Below the pieces are notes generated by a model, which saw only the letters and a list, made by a program, of their open reading frames with translations, was not told the origin of the DNA and did not search any database. A program made the translations under genes and the position numbers. Shown here piece by piece: positions 41,994 through 50,476 of a DNA stretch of 64,000 bases. The stretch's first letter is position 1. Each line of letters opens with the position of its first letter. The DNA is from an uncultured Gemmatimonadales bacterium (GTDB taxonomy: Bacteria; Gemmatimonadota; Gemmatimonadetes; Longimicrobiales; RSA9): contig CAWCUS010000005.1 of the NCBI GenBank assembly GCA_963798845.1, positions 96,001 to 160,000 of the forward strand, given 5' to 3'.

Positions 41994-42022
41994 AACCTAC
42001 GGGGCGAAGGGCAAGAGGTCAA
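41994..42022 (-). promoter_or_regulatory. Putative sigma70 promoter of rpsA
   Basis: TTGACC-N17-TAGGTT on the minus strand. Confidence 0.7.
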
Positions 42023-42140
42023 CCGGCGCGCCCCCGCCCCGCGGCAGGCCCGCGCTCATCCCCGACGGCCGTTCCGAACCCGTCGAGTTCCGCTCTCGCC
42101 GCGCAGCCGCGCGCACGCCGCTGGCTCACGGGACGGACCT

Positions 42141-42197
42141 TTCCTCTTGACTATCTGGAGAAGGGGGTCCATCCTTCCTTTAGACCATCTGTAGGAA
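42141..42197. promoter_or_regulatory. Two related palindromic boxes (putative PadR operators) overlapping a promoter
   Basis: TTCCTCTTGACTATCTGGAGAAG (42141) and TTCCTTTAGACCATCTGTAGGAA (42175). The first contains a -35-like TTGACT. Confidence 0.55.
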
Positions 42198-42219
42198 CCC
42201 GCTCGGAGCACCCTGACCC

Positions 42220-42561
42220 ATGGCCGAATCCGCCGACCTCCTCCAGGGCACCCTGGAGCTGCTGGCCCTGAAAACGCTTTCGCTGGCCCCCATGCACGGG
42301 TGGGGCATTGCGCAGCGGATCGAGCAGATGTCGAAGGAGGTGTTCCGGGTGAACCAGGGTTCGCTGTATCCGGCGCTGCAGCGGATGAAGCGGAGGGGGT
42401 GGATCCGGAGCGAGTGGCGGGTGACGGAGAACAACCGGCGAGCCCGGTACTACATGCTGACGGCGTCCGGGGAGAAGCAGCTGGAGCGGGAGCGAGAGAC
42501 GTGGCGGCGTGCGTCGGGCGCGGTGAACGCCGTGCTGGCGTGGGTTGGAGGGCCGGCATGA
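42220..42561 (+). CDS. PadR family transcriptional regulator (acidobacterial type)
   Basis: LLQGTLELLALKTL, MHGWGI, NQGSLYPAL, ENNRRARYY-x-LT-x-G. Confidence 0.95.
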   Translation: MAESADLLQGTLELLALKTLSLAPMHGWGIAQRIEQMSKEVFRVNQGSLYPALQRMKRRGWIRSEWRVTENNRRARYYMLTASGEKQLERERETWRRASGAVNAVLAWVGGPA

Positions 42562-45215
42562 GGTGGCTGCGGGAGGTGCTCGAGCGGGTGCGGTCGCTGG
42601 TGTTCCGAGGTCGCGAGGAGCGGGATCTGGAGGAGGAGCTGCGCTTCCACGTGGAGCGGGCGACGGAGTCGTTCGTCGCGCTGGGCATGACTCCGGAGGA
42701 GGCGCGGCGGCGTGCGCTGGTGCAGCTGGGCGGCGTGGAGCGGACGAAGGAGGAGGTGCGGGATGCGCGCGGCGTTCGACCGCTGGAGGACCTGGCAAGG
42801 GACGTCCGATTCGCGTTCCGGACGCTGGGACGGAATCCGGGCTTCACGGTGGCGGCGGTTCTCGTGCTCGCGCTGGGCATCGGTGCGAACACTGCCATCT
42901 TCTCCGCGGTGAACGCGGTGGTGCTGCGGCCGCTGCCGTTCCGGGATCCGGGTCGGCTGTTCATGCTGTGGGAGTCGAACCCGGAGAAGGGCTGGACGCG
43001 GGAAGTGGCGGCGCCGGCGAACATGTACAGCTGGCGGGAGCGGGTGTCAGCGTTCGAGGACGTGGGGGCGACGACGGAGGGCGCGTCGTCGATGGTGCTG
43101 TTGCGGAACGGCGAGCCGGAGCTGCTCCAGGCGGTGGACGTGACGGGCAACTTCTTCTCGGTCCTGGGGGTCGAGCCGGAGCTGGGGCGGACGTTCCGGG
43201 ATGAGGAGACGTGGCGTACGTCGGAGCCTGTGGCGCTGCTGAGCGACGAGGCGTGGCACACGCGGTTCGGCGCGGACCCGTCGATGGTGGGCAGGCTGCT
43301 GGAGCTGGACGGCCAGGCGTACCGCGTGGTGGGGGTCAATCCGCCGGGGCTCGGGATTCCCCACGAGGGCGTGGATGTCTGGATCACCGTGCGCTGGGAT
43401 CCGGCCAGTCGCGACGCCGTGTACTTCCGCCGGGCGCACTGGATCCGCCCGGTCGCGCGGCTGCGGCCGGGGGTCAGCGCGGACCAGGCGAACGCGGAGC
43501 TGCAGACGGTGGTGAAACAGCTCCAGGTGGAGTACCCGGAGACGAACCGCCTGATGGGCGCCGGGATGACGCCGCTGCACCCGTTCCTGCTTGGAGAAAC
43601 CCGCACGCCGCTGCTGGTGCTCCTGGGCGCCGTCGGTCTGCTGTTGCTCATCGCGTGCGCGAACGTCGGCAACCTCATGCTGGTGCGCGCGTGGGAGCGC
43701 CGGCGGGAGAACGCGGTGCGTTCGGCGCTCGGAGCGGCGCGAGGACGACTGATCCGGCAGGTGCTGACGGAGAGCCTCGTCCTCTCGGTCGCGGGCGGCG
43801 CGCTGGGGCTCGGGCTCGGCTATGCCGGGACGAGGCTGCTGGAGCGACTTCAGCCCGAAGGTCTGCTGCGCGTATCGCATTTCGCCATCGATCCGCGCGT
43901 GGTTCTGTTCGTCGTGGCCGCCACCACGTTGGCGGGGGTGCTGTTCGGGGCCATCCCGGCGGGCTTCGCCGCGCACGCGGGCCCCGGGGAGGCGCTGCGC
44001 GAGGGCGCACGCGGTGGCGGCCCCGGTCGCCGCACGCGGCGGGTCGTGGGCGGGCTCGTCGTCGCCGAGATCGCGCTGGCCCTCCTGCTGGTGGTCGGCG
44101 GCGGATTGCTGGTCCGGAGCTTCATGCGTCTGCGCGCCGTGGACCCGGGTTTCGATCCGACCGGTGTGCTGACGGTGGGTCTCTACCTCCCCTCGACGCG
44201 GTACGACACCCGCGCGCAGGTGGTCTCGTTCTATCGAACGCTCCTGGAGCGGGTGCGGTCGATACCGGGCGTGGAGTCGGCCGGGGCCACGTCCAACCTG
44301 CCACTGGCGGCTCGGGGCTACAGCAGCGACTTCCTGGTGGCCGGGCGGGCACCGGACGAGTACGGCAGCGAGGTGGTCCACCGGCGGGTGCTGCCGGGGT
44401 ATTTCTCTACCATGGGGGTGCCGCTCCTGGCCGGCCGGGTGATCGAGGACTCGGACGGTGGCGATTCCGAACCCGTGGTGGTGATCAACCAGGCGCTCGC
44501 CGGCGATCAGTTCCCGGGCGAGGATCCGGTGGGTCGGCGAATCGCGTTCGACAGGGTCCCCGACTCCACGTCCACCTGGTGGACCATCGTGGGAGTGGTG
44601 GGGAGCGAGCGTCAGAACGGGCTGGCACTGGCGCCGCAGATCGAGGTCTACGAGCCGCTGGCGCAGGAGGTCACGTCGGGGATGTCGCTGGTGCTGCGGG
44701 CGTCGGGTGATCCGGAGTCGCTCACATCCGCGGTACGGGCCATCGTCCGCGAGATGGACCCGCGTCTCCCGCTTCTCGAAGTGCGGACCATGGACGGGAT
44801 CCGGCAGGAAGCGCTGGCCCGGGAGCGATTCCTCATGACGCTCCTGCTGGCGTTCGCCGGCGTCGCCCTGCTGCTGGCGCTGGTCGGGGTGTACGGGGTG
44901 ACCGCTCAGGCGGCCAGGCAGCGGACCCGGGAGATCGGGATCCGGATCGCCCTTGGGGCGGGCGGGCAGCAGGTGGTCAGGCTGGCCCTGCGCCAGGGCC
45001 TGGGCCTCATCGCCGTCGGCCTGGCGATCGGCATCGCCGGCGCGCTCCTGGCGACCCGGCTCATGACCGCGCTGCTGTTCCAGATCGATCCCGGAGACCC
45101 TCTGACGTTCGGCACCGTTGCCGCGCTCCTGGCCGCCGCAGGGCTCCTGGCCTCGTGGCTGCCCGCGCGCCGGGCGAGCCGCGTCGATCCGGCCGAGGTG
45201 CTCAGGGCCGAGTGA
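42558..45215 (+). CDS. Duplicated MacB/FtsX-type ABC permease (ADOP family)
   Basis: Permease-prefix EEELRFH...KEEVRD, LALGIGANTAIFS, LLLIACANVGNL, RTREIGIRIALGA, PARRASRVDP. ATGA overlap with the padR stop. Confidence 0.93.
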   Translation: MRWLREVLERVRSLVFRGREERDLEEELRFHVERATESFVALGMTPEEARRRALVQLGGVERTKEEVRDARGVRPLEDLARDVRFAFRTLGRNPGFTVAAVLVLALGIGANTAIFSAVNAVVLRPLPFRDPGRLFMLWESNPEKGWTREVAAPANMYSWRERVSAFEDVGATTEGASSMVLLRNGEPELLQAVDVTGNFFSVLGVEPELGRTFRDEETWRTSEPVALLSDEAWHTRFGADPSMVGRLLELDGQAYRVVGVNPPGLGIPHEGVDVWITVRWDPASRDAVYFRRAHWIRPVARLRPGVSADQANAELQTVVKQLQVEYPETNRLMGAGMTPLHPFLLGETRTPLLVLLGAVGLLLLIACANVGNLMLVRAWERRRENAVRSALGAARGRLIRQVLTESLVLSVAGGALGLGLGYAGTRLLERLQPEGLLRVSHFAIDPRVVLFVVAATTLAGVLFGAIPAGFAAHAGPGEALREGARGGGPGRRTRRVVGGLVVAEIALALLLVVGGGLLVRSFMRLRAVDPGFDPTGVLTVGLYLPSTRYDTRAQVVSFYRTLLERVRSIPGVESAGATSNLPLAARGYSSDFLVAGRAPDEYGSEVVHRRVLPGYFSTMGVPLLAGRVIEDSDGGDSEPVVVINQALAGDQFPGEDPVGRRIAFDRVPDSTSTWWTIVGVVGSERQNGLALAPQIEVYEPLAQEVTSGMSLVLRASGDPESLTSAVRAIVREMDPRLPLLEVRTMDGIRQEALARERFLMTLLLAFAGVALLLALVGVYGVTAQAARQRTREIGIRIALGAGGQQVVRLALRQGLGLIAVGLAIGIAGALLATRLMTALLFQIDPGDPLTFGTVAALLAAAGLLASWLPARRASRVDPAEVLRAE

Positions 45216-45223
45216 GCCGACGC

Positions 45224-45913
45224 TCAGCCGGTGGTCGGGGCGAGATCCGCGCCCCTGCCGCGGGCCAGCTCGAGGATCGCACCGACCTGTTCCTCGAAGG
45301 TGAGCGCGGTGGTGTCCACCCGCACCGCGTCCTCGGCCGCCCTGAGCGGCGCCACCGCGCGCTGACTGTCCTGGCGGTCCCGCTCCCTCAGCCGTTCGAT
45401 CTCATCGAGGAGCGCATCCCGATCGGGGGTGTCCCGGCCACTTTCCTTCAGCCGTCGCTCGGCCCGCACTTCCGCGGATGCCAGCAGGTACACCTTCAGC
45501 TCGGCGTCCGGAAACACCACGGTCCCGATGTCGCGTCCATCCACCACCACGTCCTCCGTTCCCGCCAGCTCCCGCAGGCGCCCGAGGAGCCACTCCCGCA
45601 CCACGGGTATGCGGGCCACGTGAGACACGTGGGCGTTGATCTCGGCGGTGCGCAGCTCGGCATCCAGTGGACGGTCGGCTGCGCTCAGACGGAGCCGGCC
45701 GCCCTCGCGGCTGGCTTCCACCCGGAGAGCATCCAGCTGGTCCGGGGTGATCCCGTCCCACGCCGACTCCGGGGTTCCGCGGGCGAGCAGCGCGTGCGTC
45801 AGCGCGCGGTAGAACGCGCCCGAGTCGACGTGCAGCATCCCCAGGCGATGCGCCACTTCACGTGCGGTGGTGCTCTTCCCCGATCCGGCCGGACCGTCTA
45901 TCGCTACGATCAA
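45224..45913 (-). CDS. cmk: Cytidylate kinase
   Basis: IAIDGPAGSGKST-type P-loop, DSGAFYRA, DGRDIGTVVFPDA. TTG start overlaps the aroA stop, with GGAGG upstream. Confidence 0.95.
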   Translation of the reverse strand: MIVAIDGPAGSGKSTTAREVAHRLGMLHVDSGAFYRALTHALLARGTPESAWDGITPDQLDALRVEASREGGRLRLSAADRPLDAELRTAEINAHVSHVARIPVVREWLLGRLRELAGTEDVVVDGRDIGTVVFPDAELKVYLLASAEVRAERRLKESGRDTPDRDALLDEIERLRERDRQDSQRAVAPLRAAEDAVRVDTTALTFEEQVGAILELARGRGADLAPTTG

Positions 45914-47286
45914 TGCGCCTCCAATTGCCTTCTCACGCGCTCCAGCGCGCGCCAGAATCCCGGATAGCTGATGGACACCGAGTCCGCGCCCGAGACGGTG
46001 ATGTCGTTTCCGCGCGCGGCGCCCAGTATGCCGAAGGCCATGGCGATGCGGTGGTCGCCCCGCGCCTCCACCTCGCCGATCAGCCTCGCCCCCGGCCGCC
46101 CGATCACCGTGAACGCGTCCTCCTCCTCCTCCGCTTCCACCCCCAGCGCGCGCAGGTTGCCGCACAGGGCCGCCACCCGGTCCGACTCCTTCACCCGCAG
46201 CTCCGCCACCCCTTCGAAGCGCGTCGCCCCCTCCGCCCGAGCGGCCACCACGGCGAGCACCGGCACCTCGTCGATGAGCGACGGGATCCGGTCCGGGGCG
46301 ACGCGAACCCCCCTCAGGCCATCGCCGGGGGCCGCCTCCACGTCTCCCACGGGCTCACCGGCGCTGACCCGCGTCTGGGTCGCCTCGATGCGGGCGCCCA
46401 TGGCACGCAGCACCTCGAGCACCCCGATCCGCCCCGGGTTCAGCCCCACGCCCGTGATGCGTACCGGCCGTCCCGCGAGTGCGGCCAGGCCGAGGAAGAA
46501 GGCTGCCGCGGAGATGTCGCCGGGGACGGTCAGGTCCACGGGCGACAGCAGATCGACCGGCGCGCTCGCCACCCGTTCTCCGGCGGCTTCCCGCACCCCG
46601 TGCGCCCGGCCCGCCTTTCCGCCGCCCGGGTGTCCGGCCTCCTCCAGGGTCCCGGCGTGCGAGCGCCACGTTTCCACGGTTGCGCCCATGGCGAGGAGCA
46701 TCCGCTCGGTGTGGTCCCGCGAGGGGAGCGGCGAAGTGACGTCCACGCGAGCATGCCCGGTCAGGCCGGCCAGCAGCAGCGCCGACTTCACCTGCGCGCT
46801 GGAGCGTGGATTCGCCGCGCGGATCGGCGCGAGCGGCGAGCGTCCCCGGACTCCGATGGGGAGCCGGCCCGACTCGCCCAGCTCATCATAGCGAGCGCCG
46901 GCGTCCGCGAGCGGCTCCGTCACCCGTCGCATCGGGCGGCGCCGCAGCGAGGCATCCCCCGTGAGGACGGCCTCCGCGTCGCACCCCGCGAGCAGGCCGA
47001 GCAGGAGTCGGGCCGTGGTGCCGCTGTTTGCGCAGTCGATCTCCAGGCCGCGTGGCCGGATTCCATCGAGCCCGGCACCGCGCACTCGGATCTCGCCCGT
47101 GAGCTCGGCGGGGACGGCGAAGCCGAGGTCCCGGAGCGCCGCAGCCGTGGCCCGGGTGTCGGCGGCGTCGAGGAGGCCGGAGATCCGGCTTTCGCCCGTG
47201 GCCAGCGCCGCCAGGAGCAGCGCGCGGTGGCTGATGGACTTGTCGCCCGGGACGGTGATGTCCACGGGCCGCGCCGAAGAGCCCAC
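45910..47286 (-). CDS. aroA: EPSP synthase (class II-like)
   Basis: VPGDKSISHR, NSGTT, SAQVKSA, RDHTERML, VPGDIS, ELRVKESDR, DHRIAM. Confidence 0.95.
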   Translation of the reverse strand: MGSSARPVDITVPGDKSISHRALLLAALATGESRISGLLDAADTRATAAALRDLGFAVPAELTGEIRVRGAGLDGIRPRGLEIDCANSGTTARLLLGLLAGCDAEAVLTGDASLRRRPMRRVTEPLADAGARYDELGESGRLPIGVRGRSPLAPIRAANPRSSAQVKSALLLAGLTGHARVDVTSPLPSRDHTERMLLAMGATVETWRSHAGTLEEAGHPGGGKAGRAHGVREAAGERVASAPVDLLSPVDLTVPGDISAAAFFLGLAALAGRPVRITGVGLNPGRIGVLEVLRAMGARIEATQTRVSAGEPVGDVEAAPGDGLRGVRVAPDRIPSLIDEVPVLAVVAARAEGATRFEGVAELRVKESDRVAALCGNLRALGVEAEEEEDAFTVIGRPGARLIGEVEARGDHRIAMAFGILGAARGNDITVSGADSVSISYPGFWRALERVRRQLEAH

Positions 47287-47287
47287 G

Positions 47288-48214
47288 TCAGGCGTCCGCC
47301 CCCGCGTCACGGTAGGGGACGTCGATCTCCATCCCGTCGCGCGCCACTTCGGTGTGCGGGAAGACCGCCCTCGCTTCCCGCTCGAGCACCGTCGGATCCT
47401 GGCCATAGCGCGGGGACAGGTGGGTCAGAACGAGGTCGAGCACACCGGCGTCCCTGGCCATGCGCGCCGCTTCGCGGGCGGTCGAGTGCTCGGTCTCGCG
47501 GGCGCGGGCTGCCTCTTCCTGGGCGAACGTCGCCTCGTGAATCAGCAGGTCGGCGTCCTGCGCGTGCTTCACGGTGCTCCGCGTCGGGCGGGTGTCGCCG
47601 GTGTAGACCAACCGGCGCCCCGACCGGGGCGGACCCACCACCTCGCCGGGCGTGACCACGCGGCCCTCCACTTCCACCGCCTCACCGTGGTGGAGCCGTC
47701 CAAACAGAGGCCCCTCCGGGACGCCCAGCTCGCGGGCACGCTCCGGGTCGAAACGGCCCAGACGCGGGTGCTCGACCAGCACGTAGCCGAGCGACGATCG
47801 GCCATGACGCGTGCGGTACGCGACAATGTCGTAGCCGTTGCGCTCGACGCGCTGCTCCGGCTCCAGCTCGTGGATGTTGACCTCGAAGGGCACCCGCTCG
47901 ACCCCCAGATGAACCGCTTCGTTCACCGTCTTCCCCTCTCCCCGGCTGCAGTACAGGCGCATCGGCTCCTCGCGCCCCTGGAGCCCCATGGTCCGGAGCA
48001 GCCCCGGCAGCCCGAGCAGGTGGTCGGCGTGCATGTGCGTGAAGAAGATGTCGTGCACGGCGAAACCGGTGCCGTACCGCATCATCTGTCGCTGAGTCCC
48101 TTCCCCGCAGTCGAACAGCAGCGTCTCGCCCAGGCGGTGGACGAGGACCGCGCTCACGTTGCGGGCGACCGTCGGGCGGCTCGCGGCCGTCCCCAGGAAG
48201 ACGACCCGGATCAC
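47288..48214 (-). CDS. rnz: Ribonuclease Z
   Basis: FLGT, DCGEGTQRQ, HMHADH, exosite GVPEGP, YTGDT, HEATF, HLSPRY. Confidence 0.95.
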   Translation of the reverse strand: MIRVVFLGTAASRPTVARNVSAVLVHRLGETLLFDCGEGTQRQMMRYGTGFAVHDIFFTHMHADHLLGLPGLLRTMGLQGREEPMRLYCSRGEGKTVNEAVHLGVERVPFEVNIHELEPEQRVERNGYDIVAYRTRHGRSSLGYVLVEHPRLGRFDPERARELGVPEGPLFGRLHHGEAVEVEGRVVTPGEVVGPPRSGRRLVYTGDTRPTRSTVKHAQDADLLIHEATFAQEEAARARETEHSTAREAARMARDAGVLDLVLTHLSPRYGQDPTVLEREARAVFPHTEVARDGMEIDVPYRDAGADA

Positions 48215-48600
48215 CGGCGACCTCCCACCCGCGGTCCGCGGCTGCCGCGCCCATCACGATCACGCGTCGACCGCAACCGCCTCGCCAGCGGCAGCGCCCA
48301 TAGCCCGGCGCTCGCCGCATAGAAGGGCCGGGCCCAGGGCGTGAACGACGGGACCACCAGGAGCGCGGCCCACCCGGCCGCCTGCGCGGCCGCCCCAGCA
48401 CGGCCTCGCCTGGCCTCGCGACCCTCGCGCCGAGTCTCCTGGAGTGCGGTCAGGTCGCCGCGCCGGGCCTGCATCCGAGCCATCTCGTCCGTCCATATGC
48501 TGGTAGCCTCATGACGCAGGAATCGGAACGCCGCCCGAACGAGCTGCCAGGCGACGGCCGCGATCCCCGCGACGGCGAGGAAGTCCAGAGCCGTTTCCAC
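48211..48600 (-). CDS. Hypothetical membrane protein
   Basis: About three hydrophobic segments; stop overlaps the rnz start (GTGA). Confidence 0.6.
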   Translation of the reverse strand: METALDFLAVAGIAAVAWQLVRAAFRFLRHEATSIWTDEMARMQARRGDLTALQETRREGREARRGRAGAAAQAAGWAALLVVPSFTPWARPFYAASAGLWALPLARRLRSTRDRDGRGSRGPRVGGRR

Positions 48601-48727
48601 GGGGGCAACCTACCCGCGGCCGCCGCGCCGCGGCAAGCGCGGGCAACGCTCGAGACACCCCGCGGCATCCAACGTTCGAGCGGCCGGAAACGGTTGCGAT
48701 ACCAGCGATCCCAGCAGGAGCGTGAAC

Positions 48728-49642
48728 ATGAAGATTGCTTCCATCCGTGCGGCGGCGCGTGCCATCCCGTTGGCATTGGGTGCGGCCGCCGTCACCGCCA
48801 CGATCGCGAGCGCCCAGGTGGTCGACACGGTGCGCGAGCGCCAGACCTGCATCTGTGCTCCGGGCGCTATGCCCGCTCCTGGCGCGCCGGGCGCCCACGG
48901 GCTCATCGCACCGCGCGCCATGTCGTTCAGCATGCTCGGTAACCACGGCCGCCTCGGCATTCTGCTGGGCGATGAGGTGGACATCGACGGAGGGGCCGGC
49001 GTGCGGGTCGCGGACGTGGTGAAGGGGGGCCCCGCCGAGCGCGCCGGGCTGCGGACCGGCGACGTCATCACGGCGCTCGACGGTCAGCCCCTCGGCGATG
49101 ACCCCGCCCGGGGCATCATGGACCGCATGGCCGACGTCGAGCCCGGAGACACCGTCTCCGTCTCCTATCAGCGCGACGATCGAGCCTTGCAGGCGCGCGT
49201 CGTGACCGGACGCGACCCCGTCCGTGAGCTGATCGTTTCCGGAGCCCCCGGCGCCACCCGCTTCCGTGTAGCCCCCGCCGCCCCCGCACGGCCGGGTCAG
49301 CCCGGCAACGTCTGGGAGATCGGCGGCAATCGGTCCGACAGGCCCATGATGTGGCAGATGCAGGGGGCACCCGGCGGGGTGGAGCTCGTCGACATGAACG
49401 AGGGGCTCGGCGACTACTTCGGCACCGACGACGGGGCCCTCGTCACCGCGGTCCGCGATGACGACCTCGGCCTCCGGGCCGGCGACGTGATCCTGTCCAT
49501 CGGCGACCGCGAGGTGAAGAACGCCGCCCACGCCCGCGAGATCATCGCCTCCTACCGCCACGACGAGACGATCCGTTTCAACATCGTCCGCGAGAAGAAG
49601 CGCATGACGGTCAGCGGCCACAGCGAGTCTCCCGGCGAGTAG
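48728..49642 (+). CDS. Secreted protein with two PDZ domains and no protease domain
   Basis: AGGAG RBS; signal peptide ending ASA-Q; GRLGI...V-x-GGPAERAGLRTGDVI and GL-R-AGDVILSI PDZ motifs. Confidence 0.82.
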   Translation: MKIASIRAAARAIPLALGAAAVTATIASAQVVDTVRERQTCICAPGAMPAPGAPGAHGLIAPRAMSFSMLGNHGRLGILLGDEVDIDGGAGVRVADVVKGGPAERAGLRTGDVITALDGQPLGDDPARGIMDRMADVEPGDTVSVSYQRDDRALQARVVTGRDPVRELIVSGAPGATRFRVAPAAPARPGQPGNVWEIGGNRSDRPMMWQMQGAPGGVELVDMNEGLGDYFGTDDGALVTAVRDDDLGLRAGDVILSIGDREVKNAAHAREIIASYRHDETIRFNIVREKKRMTVSGHSESPGE

Positions 49643-49675
49643 CCCCCCGAGGGGCCTGCGGGCGCCCATGTTTGA

Positions 49676-49707
49676 GAAAGGGCCGCAACGCGCGTTGCGA
49701 CCCTTTC
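49676..49707. terminator. Hairpin between the convergent PDZ gene and tRNA (probably bidirectional terminator)
   Basis: GAAAGGGCCGCAACG / CGTTGCGACCCTTTC, one mismatch. Confidence 0.65.
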
Positions 49708-49710
49708 CTA

Positions 49711-49793
49711 TGCCGGGGGCGGGGTTCGAACCCGCACGGGCCGAAGCCCAGGGGATTTTAAGTCCCCCGCGTCTACCATTTCGCCACCCCGGC
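49711..49793 (-). tRNA. tRNA-Leu, anticodon UAA (CCA not encoded)
   Basis: GCCGGGG acceptor stem, TGGTAGAC D-loop, GGGGA-CTTAAAA-TCCCC anticodon arm, long variable arm, GGTTCGAA T-loop. Confidence 0.96.
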
Positions 49794-49933
49794 GGGGCTC
49801 GTAGGATGGTGGCCTCGCGGCGCCGCCGCCAGACCCCTGTGCGGTTCCCCACCTCATCCGGTTCCTCGCTCCCGCGGATTCGGCTACGTTTGCTTGCGGC
49901 CGATGCCGGCCGCGCGTCACCACCGGAGGGCTC

Positions 49934-50407
49934 TTGAAGGCATCGAAGCGCACGCTCACCGTTCTCGCTGCCACGATCTGGTACGGCGGTGGGATCGCGC
50001 TCCTCCTGAAGGGGAGCAGCTACGTCGTCGCGGCCGCCGGCCTCCACGCTCACGAGCTCATCCCCTGGGCCATGGCCGCCGTGGGACTCCTGGTAGGCGG
50101 CGTGCGCGGACGCGCGGCCTTCGCCCGTGGCTGCCGGAAGAACCTCGCCCGCATTCACGCCCTGGACGACCCCCGCCTCTGGCAGTTCTTCCGCCCCGGC
50201 TTCTTCTTCGCGCTCATCCCCATGGTGGGCGCCGGAATCCTCCTCCGCACCCTTGCCGACGCCGGCGGCTTCTGGGCGGAGACCACCGTCGGCTCTCTCG
50301 AGCTCATGATCGCCCTCGCCCTCCTCATGAGCGGCGTCGAGTTCTGGGTCTGGCGTCGAAACGCCTCCGGCAGCCAACCCGTAAGCGCTAGCGGACCAGT
50401 CATTTAA
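49934..50407 (+). CDS. Hypothetical membrane protein (about 4 TM)
   Basis: GGAGG RBS before a TTG start; four hydrophobic segments around KNLARI...FFRP. Confidence 0.7.
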   Translation: MKASKRTLTVLAATIWYGGGIALLLKGSSYVVAAAGLHAHELIPWAMAAVGLLVGGVRGRAAFARGCRKNLARIHALDDPRLWQFFRPGFFFALIPMVGAGILLRTLADAGGFWAETTVGSLELMIALALLMSGVEFWVWRRNASGSQPVSASGPVI

Positions 50408-50476
50408 GCTGTACGGCCTGAGAAATCAGGTGAATAGTCGCCGCCGCGAGGCGCGCGGGGCGGCAGCGGCCCCGCG

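Noticed and set aside
48686..48712. ECF sigma promoter (GGAAAC) upstream of the PDZ gene
   Set aside because: No convincing -10 element at the expected spacing.
48211..50450. Prophage or genomic island at tRNA-Leu
   Set aside because: No integrase, no duplicated tRNA 3' end seen, and the flanking genes have host-like composition.
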